From Methanomassiliicoccales archaeon (GTDB lineage: Archaea; Thermoplasmatota; Thermoplasmata; Methanomassiliicoccales; UBA472): 64,000 nt of DNA. Positions 53,653 through 63,926 of the stretch are shown one piece after another. Under the pieces are notes generated by a model. The model ran no database searches, was not told the DNA's origin, and saw only the letters and a list, made by a program, of their open reading frames with translations. The DNA lies in assembly GCA_040768245.1 (NCBI GenBank), contig JAXGNA010000005.1, positions 36,716 to 100,715 of the forward strand, read 5' to 3'. The position numbers were made by a program, and so were the translations under genes. Within the stretch, counting starts at the first letter, position 1; each line of letters starts with the position of its first letter.

Positions 53653-55008
53653 ATGATAATGCCCTTCCCCAATGCCCAATCCATGTCCTTGGAGGAGGAG
53701 GTCCTTCGAAAACTGAGCCCGAAGGCCGGAACGGTCCGAAGGCTGGATGAGGCGGTCGGGCAGCTGACCCGCTTGACGGACGAGGCGATCTCCCGTAGCG
53801 GTCTGGAACTCCGTTCCATGCTGGTAGGCTCGGTCGCCAAGGGCACTTACGTTGGCGAGCCGGACATAGACCTGTTCGTCCTCTTCCCGGAAACAGTGGA
53901 ACGAAAGGACCTGGAGAGGGTGGGCCTGAGGATAGGGCAAGAGGTCCTAGGGGGCGAGACCAGATATGCCGAGCACCCTTACACCCACGGGAAGATCGGG
54001 GGGTTCGAGGTGGACCTCGTGCCCTGCTACGCGGTGCAGGACGCCTCAAGGATAATATCCGCCGTGGACCGCACCCCTTTCCACACCCGTTTCGTCCTTT
54101 CCAATCTGGACGAGAGGAGGAGGGGGCAGGTTCTTCTGCTGAAGCAGTTCATGAAAGGCGTGGGCGTGTACGGCGCGGAGGCCCGGGTGCAGGGTTTCTC
54201 CGGCTACCTGACCGAGCTGTTGGTCATCAAGTTCGGGGATATGCTCAGCGTGCTCAGGTCAGCGTCCGCTTGGCGGCCGGGCATGGTCATGGACATGAAC
54301 AGCACGAAAAGGTCGGGCGGAGGCGCCCCGCTGACCTTCTGGGACCCGGTGGACCCCAAGCGCAACGTCTCTTCAGCCCTGTCCCTGGACCAGTTCTGCC
54401 TGTTCGTTCACGCCTCTCGCGAATATCTGCGCTCATCGAGCGAACGCTTCTTCTTCCCCCGGGCGCGCCCTCTGATGGACCTGGAGACCATCGAGGCCAC
54501 GTTCCGGAACCGGGGCACCTCGCCTTTCGTGGTGGTCCTGGACCGCCCGGACCTGGTGGATGACAACCTCTACCCCCAGGTGCAGAAGAGCATGCTGGGA
54601 ATGAAGAAGCTTCTGGAGATGAACGAGTTCCAGGTCCTGGACGTGCGGTGCTCGGTAGGGAAGGACGTGAGAATGGTTTTCGAGCTGTCCTCCACCGAGC
54701 TGCCGCCCTCACGATTGCATCAGGGTCCCCCGGTATGCACCGATAACGCTGACGATTTCGTCAGCAAGTGGAGGAATGCCGGTCTGGGTCAGCCCTTCAT
54801 GGTCGACGGGAAATGGATGGTCTACGTGAAACGGGAACACCGCGACCCTGCCACTCTCCTCACCGTCAAAGGCAAGGAGGCCAGCCTGGGCAACGACCTC
54901 CGAGAGCTCAAGGGACTGAGGTGCTTCTCTGGCCACCGTGCATATAGGGCGGGAAACCGGAGGGCGTTCACCCTTCTACTGGATAGAAGAGAGCCTTGGC
55001 GAGCCTAG
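53653..55008 (+). CDS. cca: CCA-adding tRNA nucleotidyltransferase (archaeal class I)
   Basis: LVGSVAKGTYVGEPDIDLFVLF nucleotidyltransferase motif and RTPFHTRF. The start may be the internal Met at 53683. Ends with TAG. Confidence 0.9.
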   Translation: MIMPFPNAQSMSLEEEVLRKLSPKAGTVRRLDEAVGQLTRLTDEAISRSGLELRSMLVGSVAKGTYVGEPDIDLFVLFPETVERKDLERVGLRIGQEVLGGETRYAEHPYTHGKIGGFEVDLVPCYAVQDASRIISAVDRTPFHTRFVLSNLDERRRGQVLLLKQFMKGVGVYGAEARVQGFSGYLTELLVIKFGDMLSVLRSASAWRPGMVMDMNSTKRSGGGAPLTFWDPVDPKRNVSSALSLDQFCLFVHASREYLRSSSERFFFPRARPLMDLETIEATFRNRGTSPFVVVLDRPDLVDDNLYPQVQKSMLGMKKLLEMNEFQVLDVRCSVGKDVRMVFELSSTELPPSRLHQGPPVCTDNADDFVSKWRNAGLGQPFMVDGKWMVYVKREHRDPATLLTVKGKEASLGNDLRELKGLRCFSGHRAYRAGNRRAFTLLLDRREPWRA

Positions 55009-55673
55009 ACCATCACGATCTCGACCAGCTCGGTGAACTCCTGGATGTTGCCAGCCTCATCTACCGCGGTCACGTAGAAGCGATACATGCCAGGTGCGGT
55101 GAAGTTGTACACGACCTCGTAACGGCCATCATCACCTTTGACCATGTCATATTTCACTGGATCAGAGTCCGGGATGCTGAACTGGACCTTGGAAAGCTCA
55201 CCGTTATCGGTCACGGTGACGTTGAAAGTGACCTCGCCCATGGGAACGTTCCGGTAATTCGAATCTGACTGAATGCCATTCGCCCAGATCTCCAGATCGT
55301 GTATCTGGGGATCGACGGTGTCCCCGAACGGGGGGTTCAGCAACAGGATCCAGATGCCTAGCGCCAAAAAGAAGAACATGGCGCCGTTGCCGATCCAGGT
55401 CTTGTTCTCCACCGCGCTCAGGTCGACCGGCAGGAACTGGAATATCCATTTCAGGGCCACCGCTCCGATGACGATTATCAGTAGACCGATGACGTAAGCG
55501 ACATCGGTGGTGAAGTACGCCACCACTCCGAAGACCGTGGCCAGGAGCGCACTGAGCAGAACCGTCTTGGTGACCGTTATGTCCTTCTCCAAGAACTCCT
55601 TCTCGTTGAAGTCCGGAGGCGTGAAGCTGTATTCCTCCTTGACCTCTGGCTCCTTACGCTTCTTCTGGGCCAT
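55005..55673 (-). CDS. Membrane protein with C-terminal Ig-like extracellular domain
   Basis: Three predicted TM helices (VLLSALLATVFGVVAYF, VIGLLIIVIGAVALKWIF, GAMFFFLALGIWILLL), then a beta-rich domain ...GMYRFYVTAVDEAGN. Confidence 0.55.
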   Translation of the reverse strand: MAQKKRKEPEVKEEYSFTPPDFNEKEFLEKDITVTKTVLLSALLATVFGVVAYFTTDVAYVIGLLIIVIGAVALKWIFQFLPVDLSAVENKTWIGNGAMFFFLALGIWILLLNPPFGDTVDPQIHDLEIWANGIQSDSNYRNVPMGEVTFNVTVTDNGELSKVQFSIPDSDPVKYDMVKGDDGRYEVVYNFTAPGMYRFYVTAVDEAGNIQEFTELVEIVMV

Positions 55674-55844
55674 GGACTTCCCTAATAATAACTCGGTAAT
55701 AAACCCTTTTGATACGCCGAACGCCGATTGTAACCATCATCGATTAATCTCCGATTTGGCATGATTCATTCGGCCGAATCACTTTCGGCATACCCCCAAA
55801 CACCTTTTTAATATGCTCAGGGATAAGGAAGGATAGGTGCAGAC

Positions 55845-56786
55845 ATGGCGAACGCCAACATTGAAGAGTTGCCTGGAGTAGGACCCGCAACTGCCGATAA
55901 GCTCAGGGAAGCCGGATACACAAACCTCATGACCATAGCGGTGGAGTCGCCCAAGACATTGGCCGACGCCTGCGACATAGGGGAGGCCACCGCGATCAAG
56001 ATCATCGATGCCGCCAAGAAGGCCGCCGACGTGGGCGGTTTCGAATCGGGCGACATCATATTCGAGAGGAGGAAGAACCTCGACCGGCTGACCACCAGTT
56101 CAAAGGCTTTCGATGAACTCCTGGGCCATGGCCTGGAATCCCAGGCCATACACGAGTTCTACGGGGAGTTCGGGAGCGGCAAGACCCAGATATGCTTCCA
56201 GTTGGCCGTGAACGCCACCCTGCCCAAGGAGAAGGGCGGATTGGATGGCGATGTGGTGATAATCGACACCGAGAACACCTTCCGCCCGGAAAGGATCGTG
56301 CAGATGGCCAACGGCATGGGGGCGGACCCGGAAGAGGTGCTCAAGCGCATCCACGTCGCCCGGGCCTATAACTCCTCGCACCAGATGCTGCTGGTGGAGA
56401 AGGCCGCGGACGTGAGCAAGCTACACCCGGTACGCCTGTTGATAGTCGATTCCCTGACCGCCCATTTCCGCGCCGAGTTCGTCGGCCGGGGTACGCTGGC
56501 GGAAAGACAGGGGCTGCTGAACAAGCACATGCATGAGCTGCTGGCCTTCGCCGAGGTCAACAACGCGGTGATCGCCGTTACCAACCAGGTTTCCGCGAAG
56601 CCGGACGCCTTCTTCGGCGACCCCACCCGTCCGGTGGGCGGCCACGTGGTCGGGCACGCCTCCACCTACCGGGTGTATCTGCGTAAGAGCAAAGGTACTC
56701 GCAGGATCGCCAGGTTGATCGACTCACCGGACCGGCCGGAGGCCGAAGTGGTCATCAACGTGACCGAGGAAGGCGTCAGGGACTGA
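55845..56786 (+). CDS. radA: DNA repair and recombination protein RadA
   Basis: N-terminal Hh[19 protein letters not shown], Walker [13 protein letters not shown], Walker B LLIVDS; 313 aa. Confidence 0.95.
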   Translation: MANANIEELPGVGPATADKLREAGYTNLMTIAVESPKTLADACDIGEATAIKIIDAAKKAADVGGFESGDIIFERRKNLDRLTTSSKAFDELLGHGLESQAIHEFYGEFGSGKTQICFQLAVNATLPKEKGGLDGDVVIIDTENTFRPERIVQMANGMGADPEEVLKRIHVARAYNSSHQMLLVEKAADVSKLHPVRLLIVDSLTAHFRAEFVGRGTLAERQGLLNKHMHELLAFAEVNNAVIAVTNQVSAKPDAFFGDPTRPVGGHVVGHASTYRVYLRKSKGTRRIARLIDSPDRPEAEVVINVTEEGVRD

Positions 56787-56794
56787 TCGCCCTC

Positions 56795-57790
56795 ATGCCC
56801 CTTACCCCGGTCCTTTTCGAGCTGTCGGGGGAGCACCCGACCCTGCCTGCAGCGGAAGTGCTGGCCTGCCTTCGGGCGGAGTCCCCTGGCTCCCGACAGC
56901 TGGCCCTGGGTCCGGGATACCTTCTGGCGGCGTGCGATCTCGGTTCCCTTCCCCAGGTGCACGGACGCCTGGGCCTGACCCACCGCTTCGGTCGTTATCT
57001 GGCCTCGTGCGAGCTCGATGAACTGGAACCGGTGTCCTCCCGGCTCGAGCTGCCTTCGGGAAGCGTCTGCGTCCGGGCCCGGAAGGTGGAGGGGTCGTTC
57101 CCTGAGGTGAACACCCACGAGGTGGCCAGGAAGGTCGGGAAGGTCCTCTCCAGGGAACATGAGATCGATCTGACCTGCCCGGAGCTTACGGTCAGAGCGC
57201 TCCTGTCGGAGAAGGTTCACCTTTTCATCTCCGAGCATGAGATCGACCGAAAGCAATTCGACCGCCGCAAGGTGGCCGAAAGGCCGTTCTTCTCCCCTAT
57301 CTCTCTGCACCCCCGCTACGCCAGGGCGTTGATCAACCTTACCGAGGCGAAGAGGGGAGATAGGGTACTGGACCCCTTCTGCGGCACCGGCGGAATAGTC
57401 CTGGAGGCGGCATTGCTGGGAATGAGGGCCTTGGGCTCGGACATCGACCCGCAGATGGTGGAAGGATGCCGGCGGAATCTGGAGCACTTCGGCGTCGAGG
57501 GGGAGGTGCAGGTGGCCGATATCGGGGACGTCCCGTCCATGTTCGGAAAGGTGGGAGCAGTGGCCACCGATCCACCGTACGGAAGGGCGGCCAGCACCAA
57601 GAAGGAGGACATCGATGTTCTTTATCGTCGGGGGATCAAAGCCTCGGCGGAAGTGCTGTCCCCAGGGTGCAGGGCGGGCATCGTCCTTCCCCGGGAAGCA
57701 TTGAGCGGAGAGATGGAGCTCCTGGAACTGCATAGGCAGAGGGTGCATCGCTCGCTGACCCGTCACTACCACATATTCATTCGACGGTGA
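56795..57790 (+). CDS. trm11: THUMP-domain tRNA (guanine-N2) methyltransferase (Trm11/Trm-G10 type)
   Basis: SAM motif I VLDPFCGTGGIVLEA and motif IV ATDPPYG, preceded by a THUMP-like N-terminal half. Confidence 0.75.
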   Translation: MPLTPVLFELSGEHPTLPAAEVLACLRAESPGSRQLALGPGYLLAACDLGSLPQVHGRLGLTHRFGRYLASCELDELEPVSSRLELPSGSVCVRARKVEGSFPEVNTHEVARKVGKVLSREHEIDLTCPELTVRALLSEKVHLFISEHEIDRKQFDRRKVAERPFFSPISLHPRYARALINLTEAKRGDRVLDPFCGTGGIVLEAALLGMRALGSDIDPQMVEGCRRNLEHFGVEGEVQVADIGDVPSMFGKVGAVATDPPYGRAASTKKEDIDVLYRRGIKASAEVLSPGCRAGIVLPREALSGEMELLELHRQRVHRSLTRHYHIFIRR

Positions 57791-59237
57791 ACTTGAGGAG
57801 ATGTTCATCGCTCTGATATACGGACTGGTCACTGTTGAAGGACTTCATATCGATGAGCAGGTCCCAGACCCCGGCCTCTTCCTCATCGGGTACGCTGACC
57901 TTGATGATGACGACCATCCCCTCGTCGTAAGGGACCAGTACCTCCAGCAGGTCGGTGGCGTTATCCTCGTCCCCTCCTTGCAGGAACAGTGAGACGCTCC
58001 AGCCGTGGGGCACCTGCATGGCGTTCAGCTCCATGGTGCTATTGGTGTTCCCGGTGTTGTTGACCAGCATGGTGACGTAGACGGTCGAGCCAGCGAGCAT
58101 GGTGGTCTCGTTGCCACCGGGAAGCTCCACGTTGAAGGAGTGGTCGGGAGCGATCTCCACCAGCGGGATGGGGGAGAAGGTGATCAGGAGTATGGCCATG
58201 GTCACCACTCCCAGCACCTTGGTCTTGTTGCTCAACTTGCTCACGTCGTTCAGGGGGGCGGGGTGACGCAGCCCCAGAAACAGGATCAGCATGGCGAAGA
58301 TGAGCCAGCCGGTGTAGTAAAGTCCTAGCACCAGCAACAGGCCCACCGTGGCGTAGCTGAGATATTTGGCCTTGTCACCAAGCAGCCCGCGGGCCACGTG
58401 CCCGCCGTCCAGCTGGCCGGCGGGGAGCAGATTAATGGCGGTGACCAGAAAGCCCACCCAAGCGGCGAACGCCGTGGGGTGCAGGGTGACGTTCTCCGGT
58501 AACGGCACCAGGAGCGAAAGAAGCGCGTACAGCGGCTGTATGGATATGGCCACGGCGCCGGCGTCCCCCACCATGCCGCTGCTGGGATCGCCCATGGAGG
58601 TCAGCCAGAGTCCCAGGAACGAGACGGGTATGGTCACCAGCAGGCCGCCTATCGGACCGGCGGAGCCGATGATCACCAGGGAGCGTCGGTCCGGGATGGG
58701 GTCCCGCATGGAGATGAAGGCGCCGAAGGTCCCTAACGGCGGGATGGAAGGTATGAAGAAAGGGAGCGAGGCGGCCACGCCGCACTTCTTGGCCGCGAGA
58801 TAATGGCTGAGCTCGTGCGTGCCGAGTATGGTCATCAACGGTACAGCGAAGAACAGCGCGCCCCACAGGTAGTTCTCCGGTCGAGAGAGATCGTTGTTGC
58901 CACCGTAGGAGGCCCATAGGACCGCGCCGGCGATTATGGTGGTGATGAGCGTGACGATCAGCAGGATGCTGTTCAGCCAGAGGCCCCGGGTCCTGAGCTC
59001 GGGCCGCCGCACCACGTTTATGGTGTACTCGCCGCCATGGTAGCGAAGCACCGGTACCAGCATGCGCTCCTTGAACTCGTTGCGCAGCTGGTCGAACTTA
59101 CCCTGGAGGCTGGACTGCTCGGGGGTGATGAAGAAGGTGAGGGAATCGTAGCTCACCCGCACGTCGTAGACCGGGAAATATTTGGATATCGCGGCCTTGA
59201 CGCTCTCCACCTCGGCCGCGGGTCCGGGGGTGGCCAT
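57777..59237 (-). CDS. Site-2 protease (M50 family) with C-terminal extracytoplasmic domain
   Basis: HELSHYLAAKKCGV (HExxH), multiple TM helices, second motif region NLLPAGQLDGGH. Confidence 0.8.
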   Translation of the reverse strand: MATPGPAAEVESVKAAISKYFPVYDVRVSYDSLTFFITPEQSSLQGKFDQLRNEFKERMLVPVLRYHGGEYTINVVRRPELRTRGLWLNSILLIVTLITTIIAGAVLWASYGGNNDLSRPENYLWGALFFAVPLMTILGTHELSHYLAAKKCGVAASLPFFIPSIPPLGTFGAFISMRDPIPDRRSLVIIGSAGPIGGLLVTIPVSFLGLWLTSMGDPSSGMVGDAGAVAISIQPLYALLSLLVPLPENVTLHPTAFAAWVGFLVTAINLLPAGQLDGGHVARGLLGDKAKYLSYATVGLLLVLGLYYTGWLIFAMLILFLGLRHPAPLNDVSKLSNKTKVLGVVTMAILLITFSPIPLVEIAPDHSFNVELPGGNETTMLAGSTVYVTMLVNNTGNTNSTMELNAMQVPHGWSVSLFLQGGDEDNATDLLEVLVPYDEGMVVIIKVSVPDEEEAGVWDLLIDMKSFNSDQSVYQSDEHLLKFTVE

Positions 59238-59357
59238 GAGAGCCTTATTTCAGGAGGACTTATTATTAAATTTTGCCTCCACGGAATACCGAGGACCTTG
59301 GCCAGGAAGACCGGCCATATCGCCAACGCTTTTGTATGGGCATAGCGATGTTCGGAC

Positions 59358-60173
59358 GTGAACCCGCTCCTGCAGCTGTTCCGGATCGGCAACGCCGTGA
59401 TGGGCATAGTCGGGCTCCTGATGGGAGTGCTCATCGCCGCCGGGACCGGAATACTGGACCATTGGCAGCCTGTGGCCTTCGCGGCCGTGGCGGTCTTCTC
59501 GTTCATTGCCGGCGGAAACTCACTGAACGATTATACCGACCGGGAGGTGGACAAGCTGGCCCATCCGGAGCGTCCGCTTCCCTCCGGGCGAATGACCCCG
59601 AGGCAGGTGCTGTTCATATCCATCGCCAGCTTCGTCATATCCTTCGTATCGTCCCTCTTCCTCAACCTGGAATCGATCATCATCGTGGTATTGGCCATCC
59701 TGCTGATGCTCTCCTACGAGGCTAAGCTTAAGAAGGACGCCCTGACCGGTAATCTGGAGATAGCCCTGCTCACCGGAATGCTCTTCCTGTTGGGAGGGGC
59801 GGTGGTGGGCATGATGGAACGGACCTACATCATCGCCTTGCTGGCGTTCCTGGCCATTCTCGGCCGGGAGATAGTCAAGGACATCGAGGACATGGAGGGA
59901 GACTTCGACCGCCTGACCCTCCCGAAGCGGATCGGTAAGCGGAAGGCCGGCCTGTTCGCTAGCCTGTCCTTCCTCATCGCCGTGGCCTTGAGCCCCATAC
60001 CATATTTCGATGGTACTTTCGGCATCTGGTATCTGGCCGCGGTGGCCTTTGCGGATGCAATATTTATATACTGCTCCATTGTTCATTTTGAAAACCCCAC
60101 CAGAGGGCAGAAGCTGGCCAAATACGGCATGCTCCTGGCACTGGTGGCCTTCCTCATCGGAGGGATACTGTGA
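59358..60173 (+). CDS. Digeranylgeranylglyceryl phosphate synthase (UbiA prenyltransferase family)
   Basis: GGNSLNDYTDREVDKLAHPERPLPSG (NDxxDxxxD) and a second Asp-rich region KDIEDMEGD; multi-pass membrane protein. Confidence 0.8.
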   Translation: MNPLLQLFRIGNAVMGIVGLLMGVLIAAGTGILDHWQPVAFAAVAVFSFIAGGNSLNDYTDREVDKLAHPERPLPSGRMTPRQVLFISIASFVISFVSSLFLNLESIIIVVLAILLMLSYEAKLKKDALTGNLEIALLTGMLFLLGGAVVGMMERTYIIALLAFLAILGREIVKDIEDMEGDFDRLTLPKRIGKRKAGLFASLSFLIAVALSPIPYFDGTFGIWYLAAVAFADAIFIYCSIVHFENPTRGQKLAKYGMLLALVAFLIGGIL

Positions 60174-60910
60174 CGGTCAAGGATTACATCTACGAGAAGG
60201 TCAAGAAAGGGACGATGCACATGACGCTCCTGGACCCTGCCAAGCAGAGCCCGGAGCGCGCCGCCGAGATGGCCGCCGTGGCCGAATCCATGGGCACCGA
60301 CGCCATCATGGTGGGAGGTTCCACCGGCGTCACCCAGGAGAACCTGGACGCCACCATCCTGGCCATCAAGAAGAAGGTCAAGCTCCCGGTCATCTACTTC
60401 CCGTCCGGGGCGCATGCCATCTCTCCATACGCGGACGCCATGTACTTCATGAGCATGCTGAACTCCACCACCGTGGAGAACGTCATTTTGCAGCAGGTGA
60501 AGGGCGCCCCCATCGTCAAGAAGATCAACGTCGAGCCGCTCTCCATGGGCTATATCATCGTGGAGCCGGGCATGAAGGTCGGAGAGGTCGGCAAGGCCAG
60601 GCCGATCCCCCGCAATGAGCCGAAGACCGCCGCGGCGTTCGCCCTGGCGGCCGAGTACATGGGCATGGGACTTGTCTACCTGGAGGCGGGCAGCGGTGCT
60701 CCGCAGGCCGTTCCGGAAGAGATGATCGCCACCTGCAAGAAGCTCCTGACCGTTCCGCTCATCGTCGGCGGCGGCATCAGGGACGCGGAGACCGCGGCCA
60801 GGGTACGCAAGGCCGGAGCGGACGTCGTGGTCACCGGGACGGTCGTCGAGGACTCCGATCTGGGCGAGGACCTCAGAAAACTGATCAAGGCGGCCAAGGG
60901 AACCGCCTGA
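60170..60910 (+). CDS. Geranylgeranylglyceryl phosphate synthase (PcrB/GGGPS family)
   Basis: TLLDPAKQ, IMVGGSTGV, YLEAGSGAP, LIVGGGIRD motifs. The start overlaps the upstream stop. Confidence 0.85.
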   Translation: MTVKDYIYEKVKKGTMHMTLLDPAKQSPERAAEMAAVAESMGTDAIMVGGSTGVTQENLDATILAIKKKVKLPVIYFPSGAHAISPYADAMYFMSMLNSTTVENVILQQVKGAPIVKKINVEPLSMGYIIVEPGMKVGEVGKARPIPRNEPKTAAAFALAAEYMGMGLVYLEAGSGAPQAVPEEMIATCKKLLTVPLIVGGGIRDAETAARVRKAGADVVVTGTVVEDSDLGEDLRKLIKAAKGTA

Positions 60911-60915
60911 TCTTA

Positions 60916-61506
60916 TTAAACCAAAGAGAACAAGAGCTGGTGCACCCGGGTGTCGTTCGTCAGCTCAGGGTGGAAAGACAGCGCCAGTATGTTATCCTGT
61001 TTGGCCATCACGGCCTCCCCCTGATGCCTGCTGACCACCTCGCAGCTGCCCCAGGTGCCGGTGATGAGCGGGGCACGGATGAAGACGCCGGGGAACGGTG
61101 AATCCAAACCTGCGATCTCCAGCGGGGCCTCGAAGGACTCCCTCTGCCTGCCGAAGGCGTTGCGGTCCACCGACATGTCCATGAGGCCTAGCAGTTCCGT
61201 TCCCGTGCGTTCGGCCTGCTCTCCGCCCTTCTTAGCCAGGAGCACACAGCCGGCGCAGGTGCCCATTATCGGCACGCCGTCCATGCCCATGGCCACGATG
61301 TCCGCGAAAAGGCCGAACTTACGCAGAAGCTTGGAGATGGTGGTGCTCTCCCCGCCCGGGATTATGAGGCAGTCCACGCTGCGCAGGTCGTCGAGACGGC
61401 GGACGGCTATGGCCTCTCCTTTCCTTCCTATCGCCTCCAGCGCCTTCTGGGACATGTGCAGGTGCTCGGGCACCGCGCCTTGAACTGAGATGACCCCGAC
61501 CTTCAT
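60916..61506 (-). CDS. pdxT: Pyridoxal 5'-phosphate synthase glutaminase subunit
   Basis: MKVGVISVQGAV, LIIPGGESTT, GTCAGCVLL (catalytic Cys), FHPELT. Confidence 0.9.
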   Translation of the reverse strand: MKVGVISVQGAVPEHLHMSQKALEAIGRKGEAIAVRRLDDLRSVDCLIIPGGESTTISKLLRKFGLFADIVAMGMDGVPIMGTCAGCVLLAKKGGEQAERTGTELLGLMDMSVDRNAFGRQRESFEAPLEIAGLDSPFPGVFIRAPLITGTWGSCEVVSRHQGEAVMAKQDNILALSFHPELTNDTRVHQLLFSLV

Positions 61507-61544
61507 CGCCAGGGCGATTCAGGGAATGATAGATAATTCTATTC

Positions 61545-62996
61545 CTAGGAATCGAACCGCTTCCGCTGGTCGATAATGGGCTTCATCTTAGGGGTGAACT
61601 CCAGGGACACTTCCTTCATCTCCACCTCGATGGGGTCCAGGAGGTCGTTCTCCAGCCCGCTGCGGATCTCTTCCAGCTCCGTGATCGCCCGGAGGACCTC
61701 CTCCTTACCCTTCCCCATGTCGCCGTTGTACTCGACGGTGAAGTGCAGATGGTCCCGGAAGGAGGGCTTGGTCAGCACCAGCTGATAGTTGAGCACTCCG
61801 TGCACCTTCATGATCGCCTCGTCGAAAAGGGTTGGGAAGATATGCTCTCCCAGACCGATCTTGGTGGCCGCGTTGCGCCGCCCCTTGGGCTTACCGATCT
61901 TTCCCACGGTCACGTGCCCGCACTCGCAGGGCGGCAGGATGAACTTGGATATGTCGTACGAACGGTAGCGGAGAAGCGGGGAGCCCTGGAAGGACAACGA
62001 GGTCCAGACCAGTTCACCCTCCTCGCCCGGCGGGAGCCTCTTCCCGGTGTCCGGGTCGATGACCTCCACCATGAAATCGGCCTCGTTGATGTGCAGACCC
62101 GTTTGAACGTAGCATTCGATGGTGGTGGCCAATCCCATCTCGGTCAATCCGTACTGGCTAAGGCACTTGCACCCCCAGGCCGCCTCCATCTCATGGCGTA
62201 CGGCCTCGGACAACGGCTCGGAGGAGCAGATGATGGCCTTCAAGCCCAATGAACGAAGGTCATACTTCTCCCGCGCCAGTACCGTTATACGGTAGATGAA
62301 GGAGGTGAGGCCGATGATCACCTTGGTCTGCTGATCCTGCATCACCCTCAACTGTTCATCCACGTTCACATCGGAGCAGACCACGGACTTCAGCCCGGCC
62401 ACCTTGCAAGCGCTCTCCAGCATCAAGCTGGGATCCCAGGCCACCACCGCCGGGAACATGATGTGCAGCGTCTCGTTGCTTTTCAACCCGGCGGAGCGCA
62501 GCGCGGCGGCGATCGAATCGACGATGTTCAGCAGGTCGTCGCTGGTGTAGAACAGCCTCTTCGGCTTACCGGACGTCCCGGACGTGGAGAAGGTCCGGGA
62601 GATCTTGCTTTGGGATAAGCAAAGGAATAGGAAAGGTTCCTCGGCCAGGTCGTCCGGGTCCGTCAGAGGCACCTTGTCCAGGTCGGCCATGGTCCGGATG
62701 TCCTCCGGCCTTATCCCGGCCTCGCCGTACCTCTTCTGGTAGAAGGGGCTGTTCTCCATGACGTAGGCCATCTGCTTGCGGAACTTGTACAGCTGGTACT
62801 CCTCGAAGGTTCGGCGGTCGATATCCCCCAAGGCGTCCCGTCCCAGAGCCTTTCGGAAACCGTCCTCGCGCTTGAAGGCGTTGCGCACCTTGAGCTGAAC
62901 CCAGTCATGCAACGGGTTCTCCACGTCCTCAGATACCTTGCGGGAGGAGAGCTTGGTGCGAGCGTAAGCGACTATTATCCGTTCCTTGAGGCTCAT
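61545..62996 (-). CDS. Adenylate-forming ligase of the phenylacetate-CoA ligase / coenzyme F390 synthetase (PaaK-like) family
   Basis: AMP-binding motif STSGTSGKPK, then YGLTEMG; 483 aa. Confidence 0.75.
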   Translation of the reverse strand: MSLKERIIVAYARTKLSSRKVSEDVENPLHDWVQLKVRNAFKREDGFRKALGRDALGDIDRRTFEEYQLYKFRKQMAYVMENSPFYQKRYGEAGIRPEDIRTMADLDKVPLTDPDDLAEEPFLFLCLSQSKISRTFSTSGTSGKPKRLFYTSDDLLNIVDSIAAALRSAGLKSNETLHIMFPAVVAWDPSLMLESACKVAGLKSVVCSDVNVDEQLRVMQDQQTKVIIGLTSFIYRITVLAREKYDLRSLGLKAIICSSEPLSEAVRHEMEAAWGCKCLSQYGLTEMGLATTIECYVQTGLHINEADFMVEVIDPDTGKRLPPGEEGELVWTSLSFQGSPLLRYRSYDISKFILPPCECGHVTVGKIGKPKGRRNAATKIGLGEHIFPTLFDEAIMKVHGVLNYQLVLTKPSFRDHLHFTVEYNGDMGKGKEEVLRAITELEEIRSGLENDLLDPIEVEMKEVSLEFTPKMKPIIDQRKRFDS

Positions 62997-63073
62997 CGTG
63001 GGCGAATGCCCTCATGCCCATATATTAATTTCAAACCGCAGGGGTATTAAGAACGGACGCTCATTTCCAGGTC

Positions 63074-63850
63074 ATGGCGGACGCTTTGTTGGAGACATGG
63101 GCCAGGGACTTCCGTTCCGAACTGAACCTGGGGACCTATCCGGTCGGCGTCAAGCTCTTCGATAAGGCCTCCGAGGCCATGGCCGTGAAGGGAACTAAGT
63201 TCATGCGCTCTACGGCCACCTGCCACATGGCCGCGCTCGCCCGCCACTACCGGGAGGACGGGATCACCGTCACCACCGCCCAGGGCATGAAATGCCTCTG
63301 GGGGCTGGCCTGCCTCGGCCTGATCGAGACCCCGGAACGCCTGGCCAGGGGTGATCTGAACCTGCCTTTCACCAAAGACCAGGACGCCGCCCGTAAGCTC
63401 CAGGACAACATCTTCATGCTCGGCAATGACGGACGAAGGTTCAACGGTGTGTTGATGGCCCCCCTGGACCTGATGCCGGTGCGGCCAGACGCCATTATCG
63501 CCTACCTGACGCCCGGACAGTCGCTCAAGGTTCTGTTGGGATACGAATTCAAGGAAGGCCGGGTGCTGAAAGGGACCACGCTCACCGGCCAATCCACGCT
63601 ATGCTCGGCGATCGCCCGGATAGTGAACGGGGAGGACCTGGTATTGGACATACCGTGCGTGGGAGATCGTACCTGGGGTCTCGTTCCTGACCAGGAGCTG
63701 GTGGTGGCCATCTCACCGAACATCTTCGGTGAGGTGCTGGAAGGGATGAAGGCCACGGACAGGTTCGCCGCCCACCCTTTCCGTCCCTTCCTCAACTGGT
63801 CGGTCATCTTCCCACCGGACATGGAGCCCCGCCCGAAGGAGCTGGACTGA
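63074..63850 (+). CDS. DUF169 (COG2043, ArCR)-like protein
   Basis: YPVGVKLF...TCHMAALARHYREDGITVTTAQGMKCLWGLACLGL resembles the DUF169 Cys-containing core. Assigned by pattern recall only. Confidence 0.5.
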   Translation: MADALLETWARDFRSELNLGTYPVGVKLFDKASEAMAVKGTKFMRSTATCHMAALARHYREDGITVTTAQGMKCLWGLACLGLIETPERLARGDLNLPFTKDQDAARKLQDNIFMLGNDGRRFNGVLMAPLDLMPVRPDAIIAYLTPGQSLKVLLGYEFKEGRVLKGTTLTGQSTLCSAIARIVNGEDLVLDIPCVGDRTWGLVPDQELVVAISPNIFGEVLEGMKATDRFAAHPFRPFLNWSVIFPPDMEPRPKELD

Positions 63851-63926
63851 CGAAAGTTCCTTATAGAAATGTAAACGGGGGAAAAGAGATATATCTTGAG
63901 CGTGGTTATGCTGCCAGAGTGATAAT

